Source of the DNA: Candidatus Dormiibacterota bacterium | GTDB lineage: Bacteria; Chloroflexota; Dormibacteria; Aeolococcales; Aeolococcaceae | Direction of reading: 5' to 3' | Length of the DNA stretch: 64,000 bases | NCBI GenBank assembly: GCA_963709585.1 | Contig: CAVPXI010000006.1 | Span: 128,001-192,000, forward strand | Shown here: piece after piece, positions 30,446 through 39,273 of the stretch | Layout of the letters: the number at the start of each line of letters is the position of its first letter | Numbering within the stretch: position 1 is the stretch's first letter | The notes under the pieces: generated by a model | Told to the model about the DNA's origin: nothing | The model's input: only the letters and a program-made list of their open reading frames with translations | The model's database searches: none | Program-made: the position numbers and the translations under genes

Positions 30446-31048
30446 ATGCTCGGCGTCGTGGCCATAGCCGTGCGGCCGGCGACCGCGGATCGGTGGAGCG
30501 ACCTCGTCACGGTCTTCGGTCGGCGTGGCGAAGATCCTTCATGGTGCTGGTGTCAGCGCTTCCTCAACCCGGAACGTCAGAACTCCTCAGCCGCAGGAGC
30601 GGCACCGCACAATCGCGACGCGTTGTACCAGGAGATCACCCATGCTGCGGCACCGCCGGGGCTCATCGCCTATGTCGGTGATCATCCAGTCGGATGGACC
30701 AGAGTAGGACTCCGCTCTGCGTTTCCAGGGGTACGCGGCAACAGGGCTCTCGCAAGAGTGCTCAATGAGGATGACGCCGGAGTTTGGTGGGTGACGTGCA
30801 TCGTGGTCGACGGCCGGCACCGTCGATCCGGGGTCGGATTGGCCCTCCTGCGAGCCGCAGTCGAATTCGCCCGCGACCACGGTGCGACTGCGGTCGAGGG
30901 ACATCCAGTCGATGTCGCCGCCCTCAAGGCCGCACGAGTGGCAGGATCCGCCATCTACACCGGAACCGTGGCGATGTTCGTCGCCGCGGGTTTCGTCGAG
31001 GTCGCTCGCACGTATCCCACCCGGCCGGTGATGCGGCTCTTGATGTGA
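30446..31048 (+). CDS. GNAT family N-acetyltransferase
   Basis: CWC, PVGW, HRRSGVGLALL, VEGHPVD, FVAAGF. Confidence 0.9.
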   Translation: MLGVVAIAVRPATADRWSDLVTVFGRRGEDPSWCWCQRFLNPERQNSSAAGAAPHNRDALYQEITHAAAPPGLIAYVGDHPVGWTRVGLRSAFPGVRGNRALARVLNEDDAGVWWVTCIVVDGRHRRSGVGLALLRAAVEFARDHGATAVEGHPVDVAALKAARVAGSAIYTGTVAMFVAAGFVEVARTYPTRPVMRLLM

Positions 31049-31062
31049 ACGTCGGACGACAC

Positions 31063-31171
31063 TTGACAGACATACACAAATCCGTATAGTCTGCTCGCTG
31101 TCCGGGTACTCACCCGGAACGGCCGGAGGGGCGACCGATCACCGAACGACGTCTATCGGAGGTCGCCCATC
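31063..31171 (+). promoter_or_regulatory. Conserved sigma70-type promoter and structured 5' leader, copy 2
   Basis: TTGACA (31063)-16 nt-TATAGT; TCCGGG-TACTCA-CCCGGA; CGGCCGG; GGGCGACC/GGTCGCCC stem overlapping the GGAGG SD. Confidence 0.8.
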
Positions 31172-31411
31172 GTGGTTCAACTCAAGGCACTGATCGATAA
31201 CTGGATCCTCATCGCGCAGGGCCTGCTCGCGAGCGTCGGCGCGCTGGCGTTCCTGATCGCGTTCATGTACAAGATCGTGGCCGTCGACCCCGCCAGTGTC
31301 GCCCAGGCGAAGAAATGGATCGGCCGCATCGTCTTCGGAACGATCGGCGTCGAAGTGGCAGGCACGCTGACCCACGCGCTTATCGCCAGCGTCCCAGCCA
31401 CGATTCACTGA
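31172..31411 (+). CDS. Pilin-like (TrbC/VirB2-type) small two-helix membrane protein
   Basis: 79 aa; TM-loop-'AQAKKWIGRIVFG'-TM pattern; precedes a VirB6-like gene. Confidence 0.65.
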   Translation: MVQLKALIDNWILIAQGLLASVGALAFLIAFMYKIVAVDPASVAQAKKWIGRIVFGTIGVEVAGTLTHALIASVPATIH

Positions 31412-31416
31412 GCGGG

Positions 31417-32358
31417 ATGCAGTCGCTCCCTGGAATCGTGCAGGGGATCCGTGATCCCCTCGGCTCGATCCTCCAACTGCTGACCGGCGTGCTGTCGCAC
31501 TTCATCGCGACCGCGCGTGCCGACCTCAACTCTGAGCTCGGTCGCTATCTGTTCACGACCGTCGACCCGACGGGCGGAGGCACCCGCGCATTGACGGCCA
31601 ACCCGGTGATCGCCCATCTGAACGGCTCGATCGCGCTGGTCGCGGACGTGCTCGTCGGCGCCGTCGTGCTCTATGCCTCGCTGCGGAGCATCTTCGAGCA
31701 CTCGATTCGCGCGCGCTACGCGCTCCATCTCGTGATCCCGCGCGTCATGGCGGCGATCGTGCTGGTGCATGGATCGATCTATTTCGTCCAGATGGCTGTC
31801 GACCTGAACAATGCCATCGGCGGCGTGGCCGAGTCGCTTGGCGGCCCCTTGACCATCGACACGCTTCCGTGGTCGGGGTCGATGAGCGCGGCGACAGTGT
31901 CGATCATCCAGGGCTCGCAGGACCTGTTCCACGCGGTCTTCGCGCTCGGCGTTGTCGTCGCGGTGGTGATCCTCGTGCTCTCCTACGTCATCCGCACGGC
32001 GATGCTGGACATCCTCGTCGTGCTCGCCCCGCTGGCGGCGTTGTGCTCGGCGCTGCCGGACACACGCCGCTATGCCGCCACGTGGCTCCGTCTGTTCATG
32101 GTTGCCGTATTCATGCAGTCCATCCAATTGATCATTCTGCGGGTCGCGATGTCGGTCGGCTTCGGTACCGGGAGCGGTATCGCCGAGAGTCTGTTCGCGC
32201 TGGCGATACTCTGGATCGTTCTCAAGGTACCGGGAACGCTGCATGCGGCAACCCACGTCGAAACCAAGGCGCACACAGCGATGCGGCATGTGCAACGGTC
32301 GATGCACAGGGCGCTGGCGCCGGCACATCACGTCGTGCGCCACCGGACCGCGCTGTGA
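31417..32358 (+). CDS. VirB6/TrbL-like polytopic membrane protein
   Basis: IPRVMAAIVLVHGS..VDLNNA, YVIRTAMLDILVVLAPLAALCSALPDT..ATW, LKVP. Confidence 0.75.
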   Translation: MQSLPGIVQGIRDPLGSILQLLTGVLSHFIATARADLNSELGRYLFTTVDPTGGGTRALTANPVIAHLNGSIALVADVLVGAVVLYASLRSIFEHSIRARYALHLVIPRVMAAIVLVHGSIYFVQMAVDLNNAIGGVAESLGGPLTIDTLPWSGSMSAATVSIIQGSQDLFHAVFALGVVVAVVILVLSYVIRTAMLDILVVLAPLAALCSALPDTRRYAATWLRLFMVAVFMQSIQLIILRVAMSVGFGTGSGIAESLFALAILWIVLKVPGTLHAATHVETKAHTAMRHVQRSMHRALAPAHHVVRHRTAL

Positions 32359-32862
32359 TTCGCGCTTTCGCGGCACTCACCGCGGTGATCGCCGTCGGCC
32401 TCGGCGGCGGCACTGCTCTCGCGAGCGGTGCGAGCAGTGAGGCGGCAGGCGTTGCGTTCGTCAAACCGCTGACCCACGCATGGATCTCGCAGGGGTTCGG
32501 ATGCACGAGCTTCGCGTTCGAACCCGTCGACCGCGCGTGTGCCGGTGGGCACTGGCACTCGGGGATCGATCTGGCAGCGGCCCGCGGCACTCCGGTGATG
32601 GCAACGCTCCCCGGCATCGTCACGGTCATCGTGTCGCCAACGGCATACGGGCTCCACGTGGTCATCGATCACGGCGGCGGATCTGAGCAGCCTCTACGGT
32701 CACCTGGACACGGTGGTGGTCGCCAGTGGCGACGTCGTCGCCGCCGGCCAGGTGATCGGAACCGTCGGATCGACCGGCAACGCGACCGGACCGCATCTGC
32801 ACTTCGAGATCCGGCGCGATGGGATCGCCGAGGATCCGCGCCTGGACCTCGCGCTCCCGTGA
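32355..32862 (+). CDS. Secreted M23 metallopeptidase (frameshift near 32682)
   Basis: Signal peptide, HSGIDLA, YGHL, GSTGNATGPHLHFEIR. Confidence 0.88.
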
Positions 32863-32867
32863 GGCTC

Positions 32868-33494
32868 CTATCCGGTGGGCACGCTCGTCGCGCTGCGGGT
32901 CTCGGCGGCGCTGCGGCGCGCCTGCTTCCACACGACCCAGATCCGCTGCACGGCGGTGACGTTGGTGAGGATGGCGAGGATCCAGAGCGCCCAGATGAGC
33001 AGTGGCGAGATGACCAGCCCGATGACGGTGATCACGACCCGCTCAGGGCGGGCCAGGAGTCCGCCGTCACCGTTGAATCCCAGGGACTGGGCGCGTGCGC
33101 GCACGTAGGACACGAGCAACGATCCCGTCAGCGCGAAGACAACGAGCATCGGCTCGAGCGTGTGATGACCGTGAAAGACGAAGTAATAGAGAAGCGCGAT
33201 GGATGTCATCGCCTCCGCGTAGCGGTCCACGGTCGAGTCGAGAAACGCTCCATAGCTCTGCTCGCGGCCGCTGACGCGAGCGAGCGCACCATCGAGGATG
33301 TCGAATCCGCTGGCGATCAGCAGGAGCACGCCGCCCGGCAGGAGAAACCCCAGAGCGATCAGGACCGCGGAGCCGGCGCAGATGCACAGCCCGAGCATCG
33401 TCAGGATGTTCGGAGTCAGGTGCAGCGCATGAAGGGCAGGAACGACGCGACGCGCGCCGTTCCTAACCCAGTCCTGGAGCCTGGACGTGAACAC
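32868..33494 (-). CDS. pgsA: Phosphatidylinositol(-phosphate) synthase-like CDP-alcohol phosphatidyltransferase
   Basis: TPNILT, DILDGALAR..GAFLDSTVDR, VSYVRARAQ, RPER. Confidence 0.85.
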   Translation of the reverse strand: MFTSRLQDWVRNGARRVVPALHALHLTPNILTMLGLCICAGSAVLIALGFLLPGGVLLLIASGFDILDGALARVSGREQSYGAFLDSTVDRYAEAMTSIALLYYFVFHGHHTLEPMLVVFALTGSLLVSYVRARAQSLGFNGDGGLLARPERVVITVIGLVISPLLIWALWILAILTNVTAVQRIWVVWKQARRSAAETRSATSVPTG

Positions 33495-34632
33495 CGGATG
33501 CCACCGTGCTCGCGCCGGCGCGTTCACGCGCCACGCGATACACGTCGAGGACCTCGTCGACCACGTGCTCCCAGTCATACAGTTGCGCTTTGGCGAGCCC
33601 ACGCTCGCTCATCGCCACACGTCGTGCCGGGTCATCGATCAGCGCGCCGAGCGCCGCCGCCCACTCCTTGGCATGGCGCGGCGGGACGAGCACCCCGTCC
33701 ACGTCATGCAGGATGACGCTGCTGAAGCCGGGGATCGACGATGCGATCACCGGAACGCCGCTGGCCATTGCTTCGAGCAGCACGATGCCGAAGCTCTCGC
33801 CGCCGGTTGCCGGAGCGCAGAAGATGTCCGCAGACGCGTAGTACCTCGGGAGCAGTTCAGCGGACACCCTGCCCGCGAACTCGACGTCGGGGATGCCCAT
33901 CGCGGCGACCTGACTCTCATACCCCCAGCGCATCGGACCGTCGCCGACCACGACCAGCCGCGCGTCATCGCGAACGCGGCGCAGCTGGCCGTAGGCCTCG
34001 AGCAGCGTCGGCAGCCCCTTGCGCGACTCGAGACGCCCCACGAAGAGGATCGTCGTCTTACCGGGCGCGCGCAGCTCATCGAGCTGGGGATGCCTGGGAT
34101 TGAACCGGGCGCAGTCGATGCCGTTGGGAACGACCCGATACTCACCCTCGAAGTACCGCGCGATGAAATCGCGCGCGGGCGCGCTCACGGCAACGTGGAC
34201 GTGGAGGCGGTTGAAATAGCGCTTGAGAAACGGCCGGCCGTAGTAGTAGCCGAGGTTGCGTCGCGCCATCGCGTGGAATGTGCCGACGTTCGCGCCGCTG
34301 TGGAAGCGCAGCACGGTTATCGGCAACGAGGGCACGAGCGGCTCGTGATAGTGCACGACGTCGAAGTGATTCTCGTCGAGCAAGGCCCGCACGCGCCGCA
34401 CCAGGTGGAACGACAGCGCGATACGGGCCACCGACCCATTGGTTCGCACTGGCACGCTCCGTCCGATCCGTACGTACCCGGGGATGCCGTGGTCGTCTCC
34501 GACGCGGCTCGACGGCGCGAGCACGGTCACGTCGTGGCCGCGCGCCCGCAGCTTTGCCGAGAGGTGCCGGACGTGCTCGGTCACTCCCCCCGGGTGCATG
34601 AAGTCGTACGGGGAGACGAGACAGATCTTCAT
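33463..34632 (-). CDS. pimA: GT4 glycosyltransferase, PimA-like mannosyltransferase
   Basis: VSPYDFMHPGGVTEHV, NGSVARI, HEPLVPSL, GGESFGIVLLEAMA. Confidence 0.8.
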   Translation of the reverse strand: MKICLVSPYDFMHPGGVTEHVRHLSAKLRARGHDVTVLAPSSRVGDDHGIPGYVRIGRSVPVRTNGSVARIALSFHLVRRVRALLDENHFDVVHYHEPLVPSLPITVLRFHSGANVGTFHAMARRNLGYYYGRPFLKRYFNRLHVHVAVSAPARDFIARYFEGEYRVVPNGIDCARFNPRHPQLDELRAPGKTTILFVGRLESRKGLPTLLEAYGQLRRVRDDARLVVVGDGPMRWGYESQVAAMGIPDVEFAGRVSAELLPRYYASADIFCAPATGGESFGIVLLEAMASGVPVIASSIPGFSSVILHDVDGVLVPPRHAKEWAAALGALIDDPARRVAMSERGLAKAQLYDWEHVVDEVLDVYRVARERAGASTVASGVHVQAPGLG

Positions 34633-35606
34633 TGCGTCGCGGGAGCCGTCCAGATGCGGTCGAGGACGTGCCATTGCTCGGGATGCTCGCGGATCGCCTC
34701 CTCGAAGATTCGCAGCAGCATCTGCGCAGTCTTGCGCACCTCGGCATCCCTTGGAGCATCCGGGGAATAGCGGATCTCGGGATGCACCATGGCAGTGACC
34801 CGATAACGGTTGCGGAATAGCACGATCGGGACGATCGCGGCGCCGGCTCGAATGGCGATCTCGACCGTCCCAATGGGGATCGGCGCCGGCTGGCCGAAGA
34901 ACTCGAGCGGCTCGCCGTTGCCGATGAGGTCGCGGTCGAGAGCCATCGCCACGACACCGCCGGAGCGGAGCACCTTGAAGACCTCGCGCATCGACGCGGC
35001 GCCGAGCCGGCGGGCGACCTGGGGATCGCCTTCGCGCATTGCCTGGGTGTCGATCGGGATGATCTGGACCCCCTGGGCCCTCCGTGCTCCGACGACCCGG
35101 TCGAAGAGCTGTTTGGGACGGAGCACCTCGGCGAGCAGCGCCATCTTGCCGCCCATCTTGTTCCAGCCCGCGAGACCGACCTCCCACGACCCGAAGTGCA
35201 TCGACGCGACCACGACGCCATTGCCGCGCGCGATGGCATTCTCGAAGTGGTACAGGTCTTTCATGTCGATCCGCGACGGCAGGTCGGTTCGTCGCGACGA
35301 CATCTCCATCACGTCCACCCAGCAGTGGGTGAGATTGCGGACGTTGCGGCGAATCAGGTGCTTGAGGTGCCGGTCGCCGATGGCGGGAACGATATGGCGG
35401 AGGTTGTCGCGCAGGCCGTCGAAGCGGCTCGGCACTGTGGCCAGCAGCGCGTCGGCGGCGCGGTCCCCAAGCCAGTACGACACCGATTGCGGGAGCGCAC
35501 CGACCAGGGCCTCGGCACCGCGGTAGGCGTAGTACGGCAGCATCGGGTCGCGCGCAACCCGCTGGCGGGCGCGCGGCTCCACCGTCATGTCGCCGGCCTG
35601 CGTCAA
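34629..35606 (-). CDS. Lysophospholipid/PIM acyltransferase (PatA / lipid A acyltransferase family)
   Basis: HFGSWE, DRD, FFG, IREHPEQW. Confidence 0.85.
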   Translation of the reverse strand: MTQAGDMTVEPRARQRVARDPMLPYYAYRGAEALVGALPQSVSYWLGDRAADALLATVPSRFDGLRDNLRHIVPAIGDRHLKHLIRRNVRNLTHCWVDVMEMSSRRTDLPSRIDMKDLYHFENAIARGNGVVVASMHFGSWEVGLAGWNKMGGKMALLAEVLRPKQLFDRVVGARRAQGVQIIPIDTQAMREGDPQVARRLGAASMREVFKVLRSGGVVAMALDRDLIGNGEPLEFFGQPAPIPIGTVEIAIRAGAAIVPIVLFRNRYRVTAMVHPEIRYSPDAPRDAEVRKTAQMLLRIFEEAIREHPEQWHVLDRIWTAPATQ

Positions 35607-35633
35607 CGCCGTTGGCTCCCGATCGCCCGGCGG

Positions 35634-36794
35634 TTAATTCGTCGCGGGTGTGGCGGGTTCCGCCTCCGCAGCTTCGGGCAGCACGGCGGCAACGCGGCCG
35701 TTGCGCCGCCCTCCCCCCGTCTCGACGCCGGCGATGAACTCCTCGGTCGCCCGGTGGGCGTCGTCGTCGGAGACCTGGCGTGGCGGCGACTTCATGAAGT
35801 ACGACGCCGGACCCTCGAGCGTGCCGCTGAGGCCGCGATCGAGCCCGAGCTTGCAGCAGCGCACCGCGTCAATGACGATGCCCGCACTGTTTGGCGAATC
35901 GTGCACCTCGAGCTTCAACTCGACACTGAGCGGCACGTCGCCGAAGGACTTGCCTTCGAGGCGGATGAACGCCCACTTGCGGTCGTTGAGCCAGGGCACG
36001 TAGTCCGACGGTCCGATGTGGATGTGATCCTTCTCCATCGGCGTCGCCAGCTGCGACTGCACGCTGTTGGTCTTGCTGATCTTCTTGCTCATCAAACGCT
36101 CGCGCTCGAGCATGTTGAGGAAGTCGGTGTTGCCGCCGAAGTTGAGCTGGTAGGTGTTCTCGAGCTCGACGCCGCGCTCACGAAACAGGTGGGTGAGCAC
36201 GCGATGGACGATCGTGGCGCCGACCTGCGACTTGATGTCGTCGCCGATGATGGGTACGCCTGCCTTGCGGAAACGCGCCTGCCAGTAGTCCTCGCGGGCG
36301 ATGAACACGGGCATGCAGTTCACCATCGCGCACGGCGCCTCGAGGATCTGCTCGGTGTACCAACGGGTTGCAGCCTCGCTGCCGACCGGCAGGTAGTTGA
36401 CCACCACGTCGGTGCCGGTGTCCTTGAGCACCTGGGCGATGTCGACCGTGGATCCGGGAGCCTTGGTGATCACTTCGGACAGGTACTTGCCGAGCCCGTC
36501 GTGGGTCATGCCGCGCAGAACCGGAATGTTCAGCTTCGGGACGTCGCTGAATTTCACGGTGTTGTTGAGCCCACTGAAGATCGCTTCGGAGACGTCCTTT
36601 CCGACCTTTTCCCTGTCGATGTCGAAGGCCGCCGAGATCTCGATGTCCGAGATGTGGTAGCCGCCGAGGTCCACATGCATGAGACCCGGGACGGTGTCGT
36701 CCGGATCCGCGTGCTTGTAAAACTCGAGCCCCTGGACGAACGACGAGGCGCAGTTGCCCACGCCGATGATCGCGACTTTGACTTTCTTGCTCAC
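35634..36794 (-). CDS. ino1: Inositol-3-phosphate synthase
   Basis: [45 protein letters not shown]. Confidence 0.96.
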   Translation of the reverse strand: MSKKVKVAIIGVGNCASSFVQGLEFYKHADPDDTVPGLMHVDLGGYHISDIEISAAFDIDREKVGKDVSEAIFSGLNNTVKFSDVPKLNIPVLRGMTHDGLGKYLSEVITKAPGSTVDIAQVLKDTGTDVVVNYLPVGSEAATRWYTEQILEAPCAMVNCMPVFIAREDYWQARFRKAGVPIIGDDIKSQVGATIVHRVLTHLFRERGVELENTYQLNFGGNTDFLNMLERERLMSKKISKTNSVQSQLATPMEKDHIHIGPSDYVPWLNDRKWAFIRLEGKSFGDVPLSVELKLEVHDSPNSAGIVIDAVRCCKLGLDRGLSGTLEGPASYFMKSPPRQVSDDDAHRATEEFIAGVETGGGRRNGRVAAVLPEAAEAEPATPATN

Positions 36795-37177
36795 GACACG
36801 CCCTCGTGTACCGGTGTTGTTGATGTGATCTCGGCGGGCACCCCTGCGGAGGAGATCAGCCGAGCGAAGCTCTTGAAATGAGAGGCGATGGCATCGCGGT
36901 CGAGGCGGCAGAACACCTCTCGACCTTCGCGCCGGGTCCGGATCACCTCGGCCTTGCGGAGGATGCGCAGATGCCAGCTCATGCGCGGCTGGCTCACCTG
37001 GCAGAAATCGGCGAGCTCGGAGACACGCATCTCGGCGGTGGTCGCGAGCCGCTCGACGATGAGCAGCCTCGTGGGGTTGGCCAGCCCCTCGAAATGGACC
37101 GAGAGGTCACTCGCTCCCTTGGCGATGCTCCCCGGAAGTGCGCGGCGTGGCGGCCGCGCCGGTGTGTCAGAACTCAT
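36791..37177 (-). CDS. ArsR/SmtB family transcriptional regulator
   Basis: [29 protein letters not shown]. Confidence 0.9.
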   Translation of the reverse strand: MSSDTPARPPRRALPGSIAKGASDLSVHFEGLANPTRLLIVERLATTAEMRVSELADFCQVSQPRMSWHLRILRKAEVIRTRREGREVFCRLDRDAIASHFKSFARLISSAGVPAEITSTTPVHEGVS

Positions 37178-37187
37178 AAAGGAACCT

Positions 37188-37209
37188 TTCATAAAGGATT
37201 GCTTATGAA
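37188..37209. promoter_or_regulatory. Palindromic operator candidate upstream of the ArsR-ino1 operon
   Basis: TTCATAA-N8-TTATGAA, plus CATAAAGGA direct repeat at 37175 and 37190. Confidence 0.6.
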
Positions 37210-37248
37210 TGGTAAACGACCCGGGCCGCCGAGCGCAACCGGGGTGGG

Positions 37249-37476
37249 TTAGGCCCGGGGTTCCTCGTCCCCGTCGGGCACCCGCGTCTCGCCGATCGGA
37301 GCCGCTATCTCCTCGGCAATCGGGTCGTCCGGCGCGACCTGGGCCTCGCGGTCCTCGTAGGACGGGAGGATCGCCGCGAGCAGACGGAGGATGACGACGC
37401 AGACGAGGATCACGACCACGAAAGCGACGACCGCCAGGCCGATGCCGCCGAGCACGGATCCGATGTCGAGGAGCAT
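37249..37476 (-). CDS. Small membrane protein with acidic tail
   Basis: MLLDIGSVLGG... single long TM, 75 aa. Confidence 0.6.
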   Translation of the reverse strand: MLLDIGSVLGGIGLAVVAFVVVILVCVVILRLLAAILPSYEDREAQVAPDDPIAEEIAAPIGETRVPDGDEEPRA

Positions 37477-37485
37477 CCGGGAAGG

Positions 37486-38049
37486 ATGGCAGGCACGACT
37501 ACGATCGATCCGATGACCGAGGTGCCCGGCCCCGCCGAACTTCCCGCGTCGCTGACCATTCGGCGCGGCAGGATCGTGTTCCGTGCCCGGAGGCCGGTCG
37601 CGCTCGTCCTGCCGCTGCTGGCGGTGACCGAGATCGCCGGCGTGATCTGCCTGCTCATCGGCGCCACGATCGGCTGGTTCATCATGGCCGCCCCGCTGAT
37701 CGGACTGGCGACCACCGCAGTCGTCCTCCGTCCGGCCTTGGAGCTGACCCGCGACGGCCTCGTCCAGCGCCAGTACCCCTACAGCAGCCTCACGCGCTGG
37801 GACGTCATCGCGGAGGTCGGCATCGCCAGGGCGGGAAACCGCGTGATCCTCGCGTACAAGCTCGTCCCCGACATCCCTCCACCCCGCCATCAGCCCGCGG
37901 CGGATCTGCTTCGGGCGGTCAACGCGCCCTACGACGGTGGATGGTTCGCGGATTCGCTCGCCGGTGGTCCCGACGAGGCGCTCGCCGTGGTCACCCGCTA
38001 CCTCAAGGACCCGGGCCTTCGGGCGATGCTCCCGGTCACGCGTCGCTGA
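37486..38049 (+). CDS. Hypothetical membrane protein (2 TM plus PH-like domain)
   Basis: LELTRDGLV...TRWDVI pattern. Confidence 0.6.
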   Translation: MAGTTTIDPMTEVPGPAELPASLTIRRGRIVFRARRPVALVLPLLAVTEIAGVICLLIGATIGWFIMAAPLIGLATTAVVLRPALELTRDGLVQRQYPYSSLTRWDVIAEVGIARAGNRVILAYKLVPDIPPPRHQPAADLLRAVNAPYDGGWFADSLAGGPDEALAVVTRYLKDPGLRAMLPVTRR

Positions 38050-38980
38050 CCGGTCGGCGCGCCCGAGTCCTCGATCGTCGCGGCGAACGGTCCCGACGAG
38101 GTTGGTGGCATACGGCGGCGAGGCCGACGGCTCGGTCCATGTCCACGCTGGGGTCGTCGGGCAGCGCCCAGACGATATCCGAGGCCAGCCACTCCCTCGT
38201 GGCCGCAACCGGAGCCGGGGCTGGGGCTGCAGGCGCAGCCGATGGTTCGGGCTCGACAGCGCGCTTGATCCGCTCGACGGCGCCCGGGGCGACTCTTCGA
38301 ACCAGCGCGGCTGGGACTCGAATCAGTTGCGACCGGGAGGGCCGAGCCGGGAGTGGTTCGGCCGGCATCACCGCCGGCGGCTCCGTGGCCATCGCCCCCT
38401 CAGGGAAGACACGGACCATGAGGCTGACCTGGTCGAAGACGGTGCGGAGCAGCGCGATCAGTGCCGGCGGCGTGAACTCCATGAGGTGGGATCGGGCGAG
38501 GAGATGTCCGTCCGGGACGTGGTCGATCGACCACAGCCGGTTCGGGGTGCCGACAAACGCGACGCCGCCGTCATTGAGCAACTCCGCCATCCCTCGGACG
38601 AAGGCGAATGGATCGACAACGTGTTCGAGGACCTCGGAGCTCGCAACCAGGTCATATGACCTGGGCGCGCAGACGTCCGGCAACGGCTTCATCAGGTCCG
38701 CGACGAAGAATCGAACGCCGGGTGCGCCGAAGTTTTCGGTGGCATACTCGATGGCCGCGGGGGAGTTGTCGATGCCGTCGACGGTCGCGCCGGCCCGAGC
38801 CAGCAGCGCGGCGCCGTAGCCCGTCCCGCAGCCGAAGTCAAGCGCGCGCATCCCGTCGGTGACAAGGTTCTCGGCGATCCACTCGTAGACGCCCTCGTGG
38901 CCTGCCGATGTGATGTCTCTCGTCGCCGACGGAACGTATCTGTCCTGCCCGTCGGCGGTCGCGAGATCAACTTCGGTCAT
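38036..38980 (-). CDS. Class I SAM-dependent methyltransferase
   Basis: LDFGCGTGYG, YDLVASSEVLEHV, GTPN. Confidence 0.9.
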   Translation of the reverse strand: MTEVDLATADGQDRYVPSATRDITSAGHEGVYEWIAENLVTDGMRALDFGCGTGYGAALLARAGATVDGIDNSPAAIEYATENFGAPGVRFFVADLMKPLPDVCAPRSYDLVASSEVLEHVVDPFAFVRGMAELLNDGGVAFVGTPNRLWSIDHVPDGHLLARSHLMEFTPPALIALLRTVFDQVSLMVRVFPEGAMATEPPAVMPAEPLPARPSRSQLIRVPAALVRRVAPGAVERIKRAVEPEPSAAPAAPAPAPVAATREWLASDIVWALPDDPSVDMDRAVGLAAVCHQPRRDRSPRRSRTRARRPVSDA

Positions 38981-39141
38981 GGCGCCGGAAGCTTACCTGC
39001 CGAGGTGCGTCGTCGAAGGTTGTCCTGGCTACTATTGGCAGGCTCGGCTGGCAGACACCGCGGCCATACGCGGCTCTCGGTCGCTGGGGGTATCACCCTC
39101 GACGTCAGGGAGGCCGGCGACAAGGCCAAAACCCCTTACAT

Positions 39142-39218
39142 CCCAGGGTAGCCAAGTGGTCAAGGCAGCGGTCTGTAAAACCGTGTACCGATGGTTCGAA
39201 CTCCATCCCCTGGGACCA
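39142..39218 (+). tRNA. tRNA-Tyr(GTA), atypical: C1-G72, A73, short variable loop, encoded CCA
   Basis: CCCAGGG/CCCTGGG acceptor, GCC/GGC D-stem, GCGGT-CTGTAAA-ACCGT, GATGG-TTCGAACT-CCATC, ACCA. Confidence 0.88.
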
Positions 39219-39273
39219 CCACATACCCCGAGACGACTCCTGCGCCGTCCGGCCGGTGCGGAGTCCGCGGTTA

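Noticed and set aside
39195-39202. 8-nt T-loop (TTCGAACT) in tRNA-Tyr and in the IS tRNA mimic as a shared novelty
   Set aside because: It matches the apparent error pattern (TCGACTC read as TCGAACTC, as near 61025). The true loop may be the canonical 7-nt TTCGACT.
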